Shown here: positions 17,011-57,490 of the stretch, piece by piece
How positions within the stretch are numbered: position 1 is the stretch's first letter
Layout of the letters: each line of letters begins with the position of its first letter
Assembly: GCF_009914755.1 (NCBI RefSeq)
Contig: NC_060931.1
Source: the human T2T-CHM13v2.0 reference genome, Homo sapiens
DNA length: 64,000 bases
Reading direction: 5' to 3' (one strand)
Position numbers and translations under genes: made by a program
Notes under the pieces: generated by a model
Databases searched by the model: none
Told to the model about the DNA's origin: nothing
Seen by the model: only the letters and a program-made list of their open reading frames with translations

Positions 17011-17305
17011 CAGCGGTCCCCCCCCTCCAAACTTTTCAGCCCCAGGGACTGGTTTTGTAGAAAAGGGGGATGGTTTCGGGATGAAACTTCTACCTCAGAT
17101 TATCAGGCATTTAGCTAGATTCTCATAAGGAACAGGCAACCTAGATCCCTCGCATGCGCAGTTCACAGTAGGGTTCACGCTCCTATGAGAATCTAATGCC
17201 TTGGCTGATGTGACAGGAGGCAGAGCTCAGGCAGTAACGTTCACTCGCCCTCCACTCACTTCCTGTGTGCCACCCAGTTCCTAACAGGCCAAGGACCAGT
17301 ACCGG
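17011..17305. mobile_element. MER1 (hAT-Charlie) element
   Basis: cctagatccctcgcatgcgcagttcaca...gagaatctaatgcc core. Confidence 0.8.
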
Positions 17306-17334
17306 TGTGTGTGTGTGTGCGCGTGTGTGTGTGT

Positions 17335-18365
17335 GAAGAACACTTAAGATTTACTCTCGGCCGGGCGCGGTGGCTCACTCCTGTAATCCTAGCACTTTGG
17401 GAGGCTGAGGCGGGCGGATCACGAGGTAAGGAGATCGAGACCATCCTGGCTAACATGGTGAAACCTCGTCTCTACTAAAAATAAAAAGATTAGCCAGGCG
17501 TGGCGGGCTCCTGTAGTCCCAGCTACTCAGGAGGCTGAGGCAGGAGAATGGCGTGAACCCGCGAGGCGAGCTTGCAGTGAGCCGAGATCGCACCACTGCA
17601 CTCCAGCCTGGGCGACAGAGCAAGACTCCGTCTCAAAAAAAAAAAAAAAAAAAAAGATTTACTCTCTTAGTATACAATACAGTATTATTAATTATAGCCA
17701 CCCTGCTGAACATTAGATCCCCAGAACTTATTCATCCTATAACTAAAAGTTTGTTCCTTCTGACCAACATCTCACCATTCCCCCCAACCCACCCTCTGGC
17801 CCCTGGCAACCACCATTCTCCTCTCTGCTTCTGTGAATTTGACTTGTTTAGATTCCACATATAAGTAAGATCATATACTATTTAGCTTTCTGTGTCTGTC
17901 TTATTTCACTTAGCATAATGTCATCCAGGTTCATTCATGTTGTTACAAATGACAGGATTTCCTCCCTTTTAAATTATTGTTATTATTATTTATTAATATT
18001 ATTAATGATAATATAATATATAATTTAACACATATGTACATATATAAAATAGAATATTATCCTTTCATCTATTCGTGGACACTTAATTGTTTATATATTG
18101 ACTACTGTGAATAAGGTTGTGATATGGGAGTGCAGCTATCTCTTAAGATACTTATTTCATTTCCTTTAGGTATATACCCAGAAGAAGTATTGCTGGGTCA
18201 CATGGTCGCTCTATTTTTAATGTTTTGAGAAAGCTCTATACTGTTTTCCTTAATGGCTATACCGATTTTCATTTCCATTGTGCAAGAGTTCCTTCTTCTC
18301 CATAACCTTGCCAACACTTGTTATCTCTTGTCTTTTTGATAATTAGCCATCCTAACAGGTGTGAG
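17335..18365 (-). mobile_element. L1MA-type 3' end interrupted by AluY
   Basis: Antisense L1 3' UTR/ORF2-end motifs (attccacatataagt...ttatttcacttagcataatg...gccatcctaacaggtgtgagg). Confidence 0.8.
17359..17655 (+). mobile_element. AluY with TSD
   Basis: Y diagnostics (gagatcgagaccatcctggctaac, aatggcgtgaacc); TSD aagatttactctc. Confidence 0.92.
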
Positions 18366-19819
18366 GCTACTATGACCATTATGTAGTTCTTCATAAGCCA
18401 GCTCTTTGCAGCTCAGTTAAATAGGACTGTAGGCTTTATAGCTAGAAGGGACGTTGGAGCCCTTCAATTTAAGGTTTGGGAAGCCAAGAGATGACATATG
18501 CTATATCTGTGTAGTGCAGGTAATAAATAAAATAAATAAAAAGAAGAGATGACTTGTGCTAGATTACACGCACTGAAAGTAAAGGAGCAGTTAGATCTAG
18601 AACTTGAGTCTCCTGATTGTCAGTCCAGTTCTCCCTATAACATTCTTTCCTATTTGTAAAATGAGTATGTTGATAATGTTTATTGCCTAGAACACTCATT
18701 CCATCCTCCCTGCTCAGATAATTTGTCATTGTTTGGATATCAGCTCAAGCATCACTCCCTCAGAAGAGCCTTTTCTGCTCTTTTGTCTTGCCCAACTTGT
18801 TCAAATCCTTTCTGGATCTCCGTGCTCTTTCACAGAGCTTATCGTAATTGCACTCTTCTATTTTATATGGCAGTAGTTGGTTAACCTAGTTACACCGTCT
18901 GGATGTAAACTCCATGTGGTCAGGGACTGGCTCTGGTTTCGCTCTCTGTTGCTTTCCTGGCTTTTAGCACAATGTCAAGCACATAGTGGGCCCTCAGTGA
19001 TTACTGGACCTGTGAGGGAGTGAATGGATGAAGAGATCTTACAAGCTATAAAGAAAATTCAGATTATTAAAGTTGTTAACACTATTACTGCAGTGGTTAG
19101 TACTCATACTCGAGACAATACAGCACTTTTACTAAGCCTGGTGTCTTTGACTTCTCATCAATGTTTGCTCCTCTTTTCTTTCAGCCTCTGCCCTTCACCT
19201 GCTATCTACTTGCCACTCACTCTGCTCCCCTCCCCCTGCCCTAAGTCTGTCCAACTGGGAAAGGATGTTACCCTCCATGACAATTACTTCATCCACTTGA
19301 CAGTCTTAGTTCCTTGGCTAACCATCCAAGAAAATCTACTGGCAAACCACTTCACAGGGCTGGAGTGATGATTAAATGGACAAATGATGTAAAGCTTCAC
19401 ACAGAGTTTAGAATAATCCTCTTACCCTCTTTTCCCTAAGGGAAGAATCGTATTTAAATCCAGCAACTGTTAGCTTGTTGGAATAGAAAATGTTTGGAGA
19501 TGGAGCAATAAGAATAAATTTCTTAATAGAAAACTTTCAGGCCAGGAGTTAGGGCAGTGGTTAGGTGGAATAGAACAATTTGGGGGACAGCGGGGGCCAA
19601 TTAATGACCCCTCAGGTCCCACTGTGTGGGTTTCACCAATTTTGTTCTTGTCTGAGGCAATTTGGAGGAGAGTGGCACTATATGAGGGATTCTTCTGTGC
19701 AACTGCCTCTTCTAGAAGACCACAGAGCCCAGTTAAAAATAATATAACAAATAGTGATTTTGTGTGGGTGTATGTTGCTTTTTTCCTTTTTTAGTTTTTT
19801 TCTTAAAGGAGTGAGGGCG

Positions 19820-20138
<319 letters not shown>

Positions 20139-20769
20139 AGTGAGGGCATGGAAAACATACAGCACACCAATAAAACAAAATATCAAAAACACAAAAAAAC
20201 AGAAAATGGAAAAATATATTTACAAGTAGTACATTACTATGATGAGAAAGCACAAGGAAGCCTGCTACTATAATACATGCATTGGCTCAAGAAGAAACTA
20301 CCAAACACCATGTGAGTGAGAAGCCTATACTCATGCCACTGCGCTCCAGCCTGGACTTGCCCCACGCCCAACACTGTATCAGACATTCCATTTTCAGCTC
20401 CTGTTCATGCTCCCTCATAACGTTTTTTTAAAAACATGCTATCCTTATTGAATTCATCTATTCCCATATGTGTCGACATGCCAGCAAATTTCCGAGTCCA
20501 CGTCTGGAGCTTGTAAGCTCTAGAATTGTGCTCCAATAACTTTTCTCCACTCAGTTGTCCAGCTGGCATCTCAAATTAAAAAAAAAACATAACTCATTAT
20601 CTTTTTCCAAGGCTGCTCTTTCTCCTCTGTTGCCTATTTCTGCATTGGTTTCACTCTCTACCAGCTGTCTAAGCTAGCAACTCTGGAGCCATCTCAATGT
20701 TTCCTTCACTCTCATTCTCACATTCAGAATTTATAGGACTTGGTGATTATCACAGATCTTGTGAGTGTC

Positions 20770-21714
20770 TCCCCTGTATCCTCTTAGCATTCAGTTCTCC
20801 TCTGCATGTTCACTCAAAGCATTTCTACTGCAAGCATCAGAAACTCTTCCTGGGAGATTTCTCTGGCTGCTGATACTCACTCTGTGCACTTATGGGGCAG
20901 GTGAGGAGTGTAGAGAGTTAAGTCCCTGGAATCAGTTCTCATTCAATGACTGATGGAAGCTGATGGATATAGATTGGGTAGGGCAACTCTGAAGCATGCT
21001 CTATGCTGTCTCCCAGATGCCTCCAGTGAGTCTGAGCCCCAGTTGCCCACAGTGATTGCTGAGACCAGCTCAGTCGGGGAGACCCTAACCTGCTGGCGCT
21101 AGAGGAATTAAAGACACACACACAGAAATATAGAAGTGTGAAGTGGAAAATCAGGGGTCTCACAGCCTTCAGAGCTGAGAGCCCCAAACAGAGATTTACC
21201 CACGTATTTATTAGCAGCAAGCCAGTCATTAGCATTGTTTCTATAGATGTTAAATTAACTAAAAGTATCCCTTATGGGAAACGAAGGTATGGGCCAAATT
21301 AAAGGAATAGGTTGGGCCAGTTAACTGTAGCAGGAGCATGTCCTTAAGTCACAGATCGATATTGTTTGTGGCTTAAGAATGCCTTTAAGTGGTTTTCCGC
21401 CCTGGGCGGGCTAGGTGTTCCTTGCCCTCATTCCGGTAAACCCACAACCTTCCAGCATGGGCGTTATGGCCATCATGAACATGTCCCAGTGCTGCAGAGA
21501 TTTTGTTTATGGCCAGTTTTGGGGCCAGTTTATGACCAGATTTTGGGGGGCTTGTTCCCAACAAGTGATAATCTACTAATTAATGTATCTGAAATAGTTT
21601 CCATACCTTTTCCATCTCCTAGTTACTAGTGCTTCCTTGCATCATTCATCAAATAAACTTCTTACATTCAAATTCTTGTTTCTGGTTATGCTTCTAGAGA
21701 ATCTAACTAAAGCA
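20770..21714 (+). mobile_element. LTR16-like (ERVL) solo LTR split by MER9
   Basis: gagccccagttgcccacagtg...aaataaacttcttacattcaaattcttg...ctaactaaagca motifs on either side of the insertion. Confidence 0.6.
21057..21563 (-). mobile_element. MER9 (HERV-K HML-3) solo LTR
   Basis: TG...CA termini; reverse strand starts tgttgggaacaagccccccaaaatctgg; 6-bp TSD AGTGAT at 21051-21056 and 21564-21569. Confidence 0.85.
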
Positions 21715-21904
21715 GTGGACAGTTAGACATGGGATAAAGAGAGGAGTTGAGAATGGCTACAAAATCTTTCATATAGGCTTTTTAGAGGTGTTATTAACAT
21801 TAATCATAATGAAAAAAGTATGTATTTTATATTAAGATGTTAGATAACTGAAACTGAGATAACTGTTAGACATATTCAGCAGACAGATGAAAATATGCAA
21901 TTGA

Positions 21905-22225
21905 GACCAGGTGCAGTGGCTTACATCTGTAATCCTACCACATTGGGAGGACAAGGTGAAAGGATTGCTTGAGCTCAGGAGTTCAAGACCAACCTAGGCA
22001 ACATAGTGCGACCTTGTCTCTACCAAAATAAATTTAAAAATTTGCTGGGTGTGGCGTGTACACTTCTAGTCCCAGCTACATGGGAGGCTGAATCAGGAGG
22101 ACTACTTGAACCCAGGAGGTTGACGCTGCAGGGAGCTGAGGTCATTCCACTGCACTCCAGATTGGAAAACAGAGTGAGACCATGTCATAAACAAAAACAA
22201 AAAAAAGAAGAAGAAAAGAAAAAGA
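21905..22225 (+). mobile_element. AluJ
   Basis: Diverged dimer; TSD-like gaaaa(t/c)atgcaattg. Confidence 0.85.
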
Positions 22226-22275
22226 GAGAAAACATGCAATTGGACATCAGGAGAGAAGTAAAGACTGAAGATAAG

Positions 22276-22420
22276 GGCTAGGTGCAGTGCCTCATGCCTG
22301 TAATCCCAGCACTTTGGGAAACGGAGGCAGGAAGATCGCTTGAGGCCAGGAGTTTGAGAGCAGCCTGGACAACAAAACGAGACCCTGTTTCTACAAAACA
22401 AAAAAAACAAAAAAAAAACA
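22276..22420 (+). mobile_element. FLAM/Alu left monomer
   Basis: Left arm followed by A-rich tail. Confidence 0.8.
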
Positions 22421-22535
22421 AATTCTAGAAAGACTGGAGATAAGGATTTAGAAGTTATTAGTGTTATTAGTGTATATAGGCAGGTGCCAAAGCCATGGAA
22501 ATGGATAAGATGGCCAAAATGCAAATGTACGATGA

Positions 22536-22849
<314 letters not shown>

Positions 22850-23595
22850 AAGGATAGGTTTTTATGAAACATTAACATTTAAGAGGTTAGATGAAGAAGA
22901 ACCAATGAAGGAGACTGAAAAGGATAGAATCCCCATTTGGCTCTGTCCTTGGATGGAACACTTAATTGTGGGCACTTTGTTGATTATTTAAATTTCTAGT
23001 CCATTTGCATTATGAAGGTACATTTTCTTCTAAGACTTACTGAGTCTGTTACACTGGCTCAACAAGGAATTAAGATATAGTTTGATATGAGGAGGAAAGG
23101 GCTTGAGAAAGGAACTGATGTTGGTTAAATGCTTACCATGGGCTAGACCTTGTACATATATCATCTACTGAATAATTACAACAACCTGTCGTGTGGGAGC
23201 TAGCACCTTGTGTTACCTTTAAAGAAACTGAAGATTAGAAAAGTTAAGAAATGTTTACAAGTTTCCACATTTATTTATTACATTGAGGAGCAAGAATTCA
23301 TAAACCTTTTCAACTCCAAAACTCATGCTCTTGTCATTATATTATCAACTGTACCAAAAAACTCGATGAAATGTAGCCTATTGTATTTAATATTTCCTTT
23401 TTCTTAAACCAGCAAAAGAAGTGTTTTGAAAAACCATGCTTTTCAAATATTTTGATTGCCTGACTTATTGCATGTATAATGAATAACTCATCTCCATTAA
23501 CCCACTTAAATTAAGGGGTTTAATGAACCCCTTAAACTGCCAGTTAGAACTTCTGATTCATTTAAGGTAACCACTGTTAAGAATTAAAATAAGTG

Positions 23596-23915
<320 letters not shown>

Positions 23916-24123
23916 TTAAAATATGCTTTGTCTTTGACCTAGCAATTCCACTTCTGGGAATTTACTGCAAGGAAGTGATAAAGAATGTGTGCAAAGACTT
24001 AGTGATAAGCTAATCACGATATTGAAAAATTGGTAATGGCTTACATATCTAATAATAAAATATAGTTGAATAAATTAGGGTATGTCCCAAAATACTCAGT
24101 AGTCATTAGAAGTAGGCTAATAT

Positions 24124-25681
24124 TGAGAGGTGACAGCGTGCTGGCAGCCCTTGCAGCCCTGGCTCCCTCTCGGCGCCCCCTCGGCCTTGGTGCCCACTCT
24201 GGCCACGCTTGAGGAGCCCTTCAGCCTGCTGCTGCACTGTGGGAGTCCCTTTCTGGGCTGGCCAAGGCTGGAGCCGGCTCCCTCTGCTTGCGGGGAGGTG
24301 TGGAGGGAGAGGCGCGGGTGGGAACTGGGGCTTCGTGCAGCGCTTGCGGGCCAGCTAGAGTTCCGGGTGGGCGTGGGCTTGGTGGGCCCTGCACTCGCAG
24401 CGGCTGGCCGGCCCCACTTGCCCCGGGCAGTGAGGGGCTTAGCACCCAGGCCAGCAGCTGCAGAGGGTGCGCCAGGTCCCCCAGCAGTGCTGGCCCACTG
24501 GCGCCCAAGGGCTGAGGAGTGCGGGCACACAGCGGGACTGGCGGGCAGCTCCGCCTGCCGCCCCAGCGCAGGATCCACTGGGTGAAGCCAGCTGGGCTCC
24601 TGAGTCTAGTGGGGACTTGGAGAACCTTTGTGTCTAGCTAAGGGATTGTGAGTGCACCAATCAGCACTCTGTGTCTTGCTCAAGGCTTGTGAACACACCA
24701 ATCAGCACCCTGTGTCTAGCTCAGGGTTTGTGGATGCACCAATTGGCACTCTGTATCTAGCTAATGTGGCGGGGACTTGGGGAATCTTTATGTCTAGCTA
24801 AGGGATTGTGAATACACCAATCGGCACTCTGTATCTAGCTCAAGGTTTGTAAACACACCAATCAGCACCCTGTGTGTAGCTCAGGGTTTGTGGATGCACC
24901 AATCGGCACTCTTTATCTAGCTAATCTGGTGGGGACTTGGAGAATCTTTATGTCTAGCTAAGGGATTGTGAATGCACCAATCGGCACTCTGTGTCTAGCT
25001 CAAGGTTTGTAAATGCACCAATCAGCACTCTGTGTCTAGCTCAGAGTTTGAAAATACACCAATCGACACTCTGTATCTAGCTAATCTAGCGGGGACTTGG
25101 AGAACTTTTGTGTCTAGCTCAGCCATTGTAAACGCACCAATCAGCACCCTGTCAAAATGGACCAATCAGCTCTCTGTAAAACAGACCAATCAGCTCTCTG
25201 TAAAATGGACCAATCAGCAGAATGTGGGTGGGGCCAGATAATAAAAGCAGGCTGCCTGAGCCAGCAGTGGCAACCCGCTTGGGTCCCGTTCCACAGCGTG
25301 GAAGCTTTGTTCTTTCACTCTTTGCAATAAATCTTGCTGCTGCTCACTCTTTGGGTCCACACTGCCTTTATGAGCTGTAACACAGCGAAGGTTTGCAGCT
25401 TCACTCCTGAAGCCAGTGAGACCACAAACCCACCAGGAGGAATGAACAACTCCAGACGCGCTGCCTTAAGAGCTGTAACGCTCACCGCAAAGGTCTGCAG
25501 CTTCACTCCTGATCTAGCGAGACCACGAACCCACCAGAAGGAAGAAAGTCCGAACACATCCAAACGTCAGAAGGAACAAACTCCGGACACGCCGCCTTTA
25601 AGAACTGTAACACTCACTGCGAGGGTCCGCAGCTTCATTCTTGAAGTCAGTGAGACCAAGAACCCACCAATTCTGGACACA
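24124..25681 (+). mobile_element. LTR12 (C/D/E-like; ERV9) solo LTR
   Basis: tgagaggtgacagcgtgctggc...ccaattctggacaca termini, 4-bp TSD ATAT, CCAAT tandem array, GC box/GATA/AATAAA core at about 25226-25246, poly(A) signal at 25326. Confidence 0.93.
24611..25220 (+). repeat. LTR12 U3 enhancer tandem array (160-bp higher-order unit of ~41-bp monomers)
   Basis: ggggacttgg at 24611, 24771, 24931 and 25091; 13 CCAAT boxes. Confidence 0.9.
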
Positions 25682-27449
25682 ATATGAATATGGAAAGTTG
25701 CTCATGAGATAGTTTTAAGTGAAAAAAATCAAGTTAGCAAAATAAGTGTGGTCCAATTTCTGGTTATATTCCTTAGCTGGAATATAAACACTGCTAGTGT
25801 GGGCTGTCCATTGTTGACATCGCTCCCTCCACCTCCCGTGTGTTCGCATTAATTTATATGCGTTGTGGCTTTTGTTCTAGCTGAGAGGAGAAGAGGTATA
25901 GTTGGTACAAGAGATGAGGAGGAATGTGGAGAAATATGGTGAGTGCAGTAAGGAATCTATTTCCTGCCTCACTTCTCATACTGGGTTGAGCCCCTAGGCT
26001 TTGTGAATGACAGCTGGAAAGGATGGAAGTGTTTCATTTTTTAAAAATAAAAATATGATATTGTAATTTTGGACAAAGGAGTAGGGAACAAAGCCCAAGA
26101 AAGTTCAGGAAAGAATTGTGAGATTTTGTGCATATGGAGCAGTAACTCCTAGACCAGATGTCAAAGACTGCCATGAAGCTGGAGAGGAGACAATTCTCCC
26201 CATCTGTGTGGTGGAGGCTGCTCAATGTCCCCCAATTTCTCTTCATCTCATCTTGCTTATTAATACAATTTCAGTTAGGCACTCAGCTGACAGGACTATG
26301 TTTCACAGATCCCCTTGCAGCTAGGTGTGGCTTTGTAATCAGATGGAATGAGGGGATATGATTGTAGAAACTGGAGCAGCCATCTTGAATGAAAGATGCA
26401 AGGCAAGCTCTGATGATGGCAGAGTCACGAGATAAAAGGAGCCTGGGACCCTGTCACAGGACAGAGCTGCCAGCAATACCGTCTCTATAACAAACACTAA
26501 ATTTAATTATTCATATCTAAATCTGAACATAGGCAGTAATTTCTAACCAGTGTTTAGCCCAGCACAAGGCCTGGGTGGTAGACTTCCAATAAATGTAGAA
26601 TTAAGTTTATTCACACTATATAGACTTATTGCAAGGCAAGAATGAGACCTTAGACTTTCGTGCTCAATCTTGAAGACAATGTTTTTCAACCCTTTTCAAC
26701 AGATTCTCTCTCAAAACCTAAAATCTCATCCACCATCCCACTCTCTTTTTACCAGGGAGATGTGTTTCTCAACTAAAGAAATAGAAGAAAGTGTGTTCTC
26801 TACGTATTGTCAGTTAGCTAATTAGAGCAGAATGCTGGTGATGCCAAAATCTGTAGCCCCATCCCTTATATGGCATTTGAGAGGAGCGAGTATAAAGCAG
26901 TAGATAATACCAAAGGTTTTGGCCTCAGGGCCGCAGTTATCTCTCCTTTGTGAGACCTTGGGGGCACTGTTTAACCTCTCTGGGTCTCATCCAAGAAATG
27001 GAAATACTAATAATACTCCATATGGTTGTTGCTAGGATGAAATGAGATGTCTGTAGGAAGTGCCGAGGAATGCCTAGCACAACCAAGAGCTTGTTGAACT
27101 TGTCACGCTTTACTGTCGATAATGTGCATTAAGCAAACGCTAGTTTTATTTGTTTATTTCATCTTCTAAGTATAAGAATACATTGTAGCTCGACATTTTG
27201 GCACCAGCCCCTAAAGCATTCCCACCACCACCCCCGCTGCGACAAAGCCCTGCGCTCCTTACGACAGCGTACGACGCCGAGCCTGACAGGAACGCCTCGT
27301 GCGGTAGAACCGCGCGGGCCAATCGCGCTGCTCCCGGGTGATGACGTAGGCTGCGCCTGTGCATGCGCAGGGAGGGGAGACCTTGGCGGAGCGGCGGAGG
27401 CGCCCAGCGGAGGTGAAAGTATTGGCGGAAAGGAAAATACAGCGGAAAA

Positions 27450-55452
<28,003 letters not shown>

Positions 55453-57395
55453 ATTAGAAGATTATATATTTTTTTTTCTGAAATTTCCTGGGAGCTTTTG
55501 TAGAAGTCACATTCCTGAACAGGATATTCTCACAGCTCCAAGAATTTCTAGGACTGAATTATGAAACTTTTGGAAGGTATTTAATAGGTTTGGACAAAAT
55601 GGAATACTCTTATATCTATATTTTACATAAATTTAGTATTTTGTTTCAGTGCACTAATATGTAAGACAAAAAGCTACTTATTGTAGCATCCTGGAATATC
55701 TCCGTCAACTCATATTTTCATGCTGTTCATGAAAGATTCAATGCCCCTGAATTTAAATAGCTTTTTTCTCTGATACAGAAAAGTTGAATTTTACATGGCT
55801 GGAGCTAGAATTTGATATGTGAACAGTTGTGTTTGAAGCACAGTGATCAAGTTATTTTTAATTTGGTTTTCACATTGGAAACAAGTCAGTCATTCAGATA
55901 TGATTCAAATGTCTATAAACCGAACTGATGTAAGTAAATGGTCTCTCACTTGTTTTATTTAACCTCTAAATTCTTTCATTTTAGGGGTAGCATTTGTGTT
56001 GAAGAGGTTTTAAAGCTTCCATTGTTGTCTGCAACTCTGAAGGGTAATTATATAGTTACCCAAATTAAGAGAGTCTATTTACGGAACTCAAATACGTGGG
56101 CATTCAAATGTATTACAGTGGGGAATGAAGATACTGAAATAAACGTCTTAAATATTCATTTACTGGTTATCATGAGTACGTGTTGAGATGGTCATAGTTT
56201 TTTTTATGACTACTTCTAGTGTATATTCTAATTTCTTTTCTAGGCCTGAATGTATCTTTATTTTCATGTTATAGGACAATATTAAGGCATTTTAAAGGTC
56301 ATCATCCTTTCATCTATTTTAGATACACCTACTAAATGTTTAATATATACTTTTGGAGAAGTACAACATAAGGGAGTCTTTAATCTGTGTTTTCCTTGTC
56401 TGGGTTAATGACTGTTTATTTAAAGAGTGCTGTAAAATTGGATGTGTGGTGTTTAAAATGGCCATGTCCTGAGGAAACTTAAGTAACAAAGTACTAAATG
56501 CTAAGTAGGCTTTTGCATATTGTAACTAAATTTAAGAATAATTCAGATTAAGTAGTTCTGAAATTTGGTATAGATAGCATAGATTGTCTCATGCTCATGA
56601 GTGACATAATGACCCTGGATTCTGTTACATACTTCTAAAGAAAATTGATTGTTGTCTTAGGAGGCAGTTAACTTGGCTGAACACCAACTCCACACTCTGT
56701 CTTGTTTGTAGGTGGCAGCAGCTGAAATCTCTTCTCAGTTGTTTTAGCTTTAGCTATGCTGCTGGAAGTCTTTCCCATGCAAGTGTGTAGTTCAGGGGTC
56801 AACCAGAGTTTGGGCAGAAGGAAGTCTGCCCCTTCTGTGCCTCCTGTTTTTTGGGGGTTTCCCCTTTATGTTCCAGCTGTTGTGGTTGCCCCATATTCTG
56901 CCCTCTGATCCTTAACCAATAAAACTTGGCTTTTGTTTCCCCCTCAAGTGAGAACCCGTTAAAAATGAGACATTGAGCCAGTGCTGTTCACTTTTTAAGT
57001 GCCAACTTCCCTCTACTTTCCACTTGTTTATAGTTGTTTCCAGTGCCTTTAGTTTTTTCTAAAATATATTTGTTCAGAGTTTGCAGTTGCTATCAGCAGG
57101 AGGGTTGGTCTGATATCTGTGTGCTACTTTGCCATTATTAGAAGTGAACTCTGCATCTTTTTAAAAATTTGAAATCCCGGTATCATGTGAAGTGCTGTTT
57201 ATGTAAATCTCAACATATCCCTTACTCAGGGAAAAAAAAGTTTTTAGTTAGGGAATAGTGAAATATAATTTAATATGGAATTCTAGCTGTAGAGTTAAAT
57301 CCATCTTTAAGTGTTTACATTCAGTATGAGAATGCAAATTTATCTGTATGGGGAATAAAGTCCTAGGAATAAAACAAGTTTTAAGTGTTCACTTA
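55453..57395 (+). other. DLD: DLD 3' UTR with alternative polyadenylation signals (end approximate)
   Basis: AATAAA at 56138, 56918, 57354 and 57368; variant CATAAA at 55626. Confidence 0.75.
57354..57373 (+). terminator. Tandem distal poly(A) signals of DLD
   Basis: Two AATAAA hexamers 14 nt apart followed by GT/T-rich sequence. Confidence 0.7.
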
Positions 57396-57490
57396 CTGTT
57401 ATCTACTAAGCTGTCAATATTTTTGTGGCTTGTGAAGAGTGAAATTAATTGTCCACTTCATTGAACTGATTAAAATTAGTAATTTCAACT

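Noticed and set aside
23511-23535. Perfect hairpin ttaaggggtt-taatg-aaccccttaa
   Set aside because: 10-bp arms are expected by chance roughly once in 64 kb; no supporting context
24117-24585. Overlapping 150-aa GC-rich ORFs on both strands
   Set aside because: Lie in the LTR12 U3; open because GC-rich sequence has few stops, and there are no gag/pol/env features
24611-25220. Regularly spaced repeats superficially like a CRISPR array
   Set aside because: The intervening segments are themselves repeated; this is the known LTR12 enhancer array in a eukaryotic locus with no cas genes
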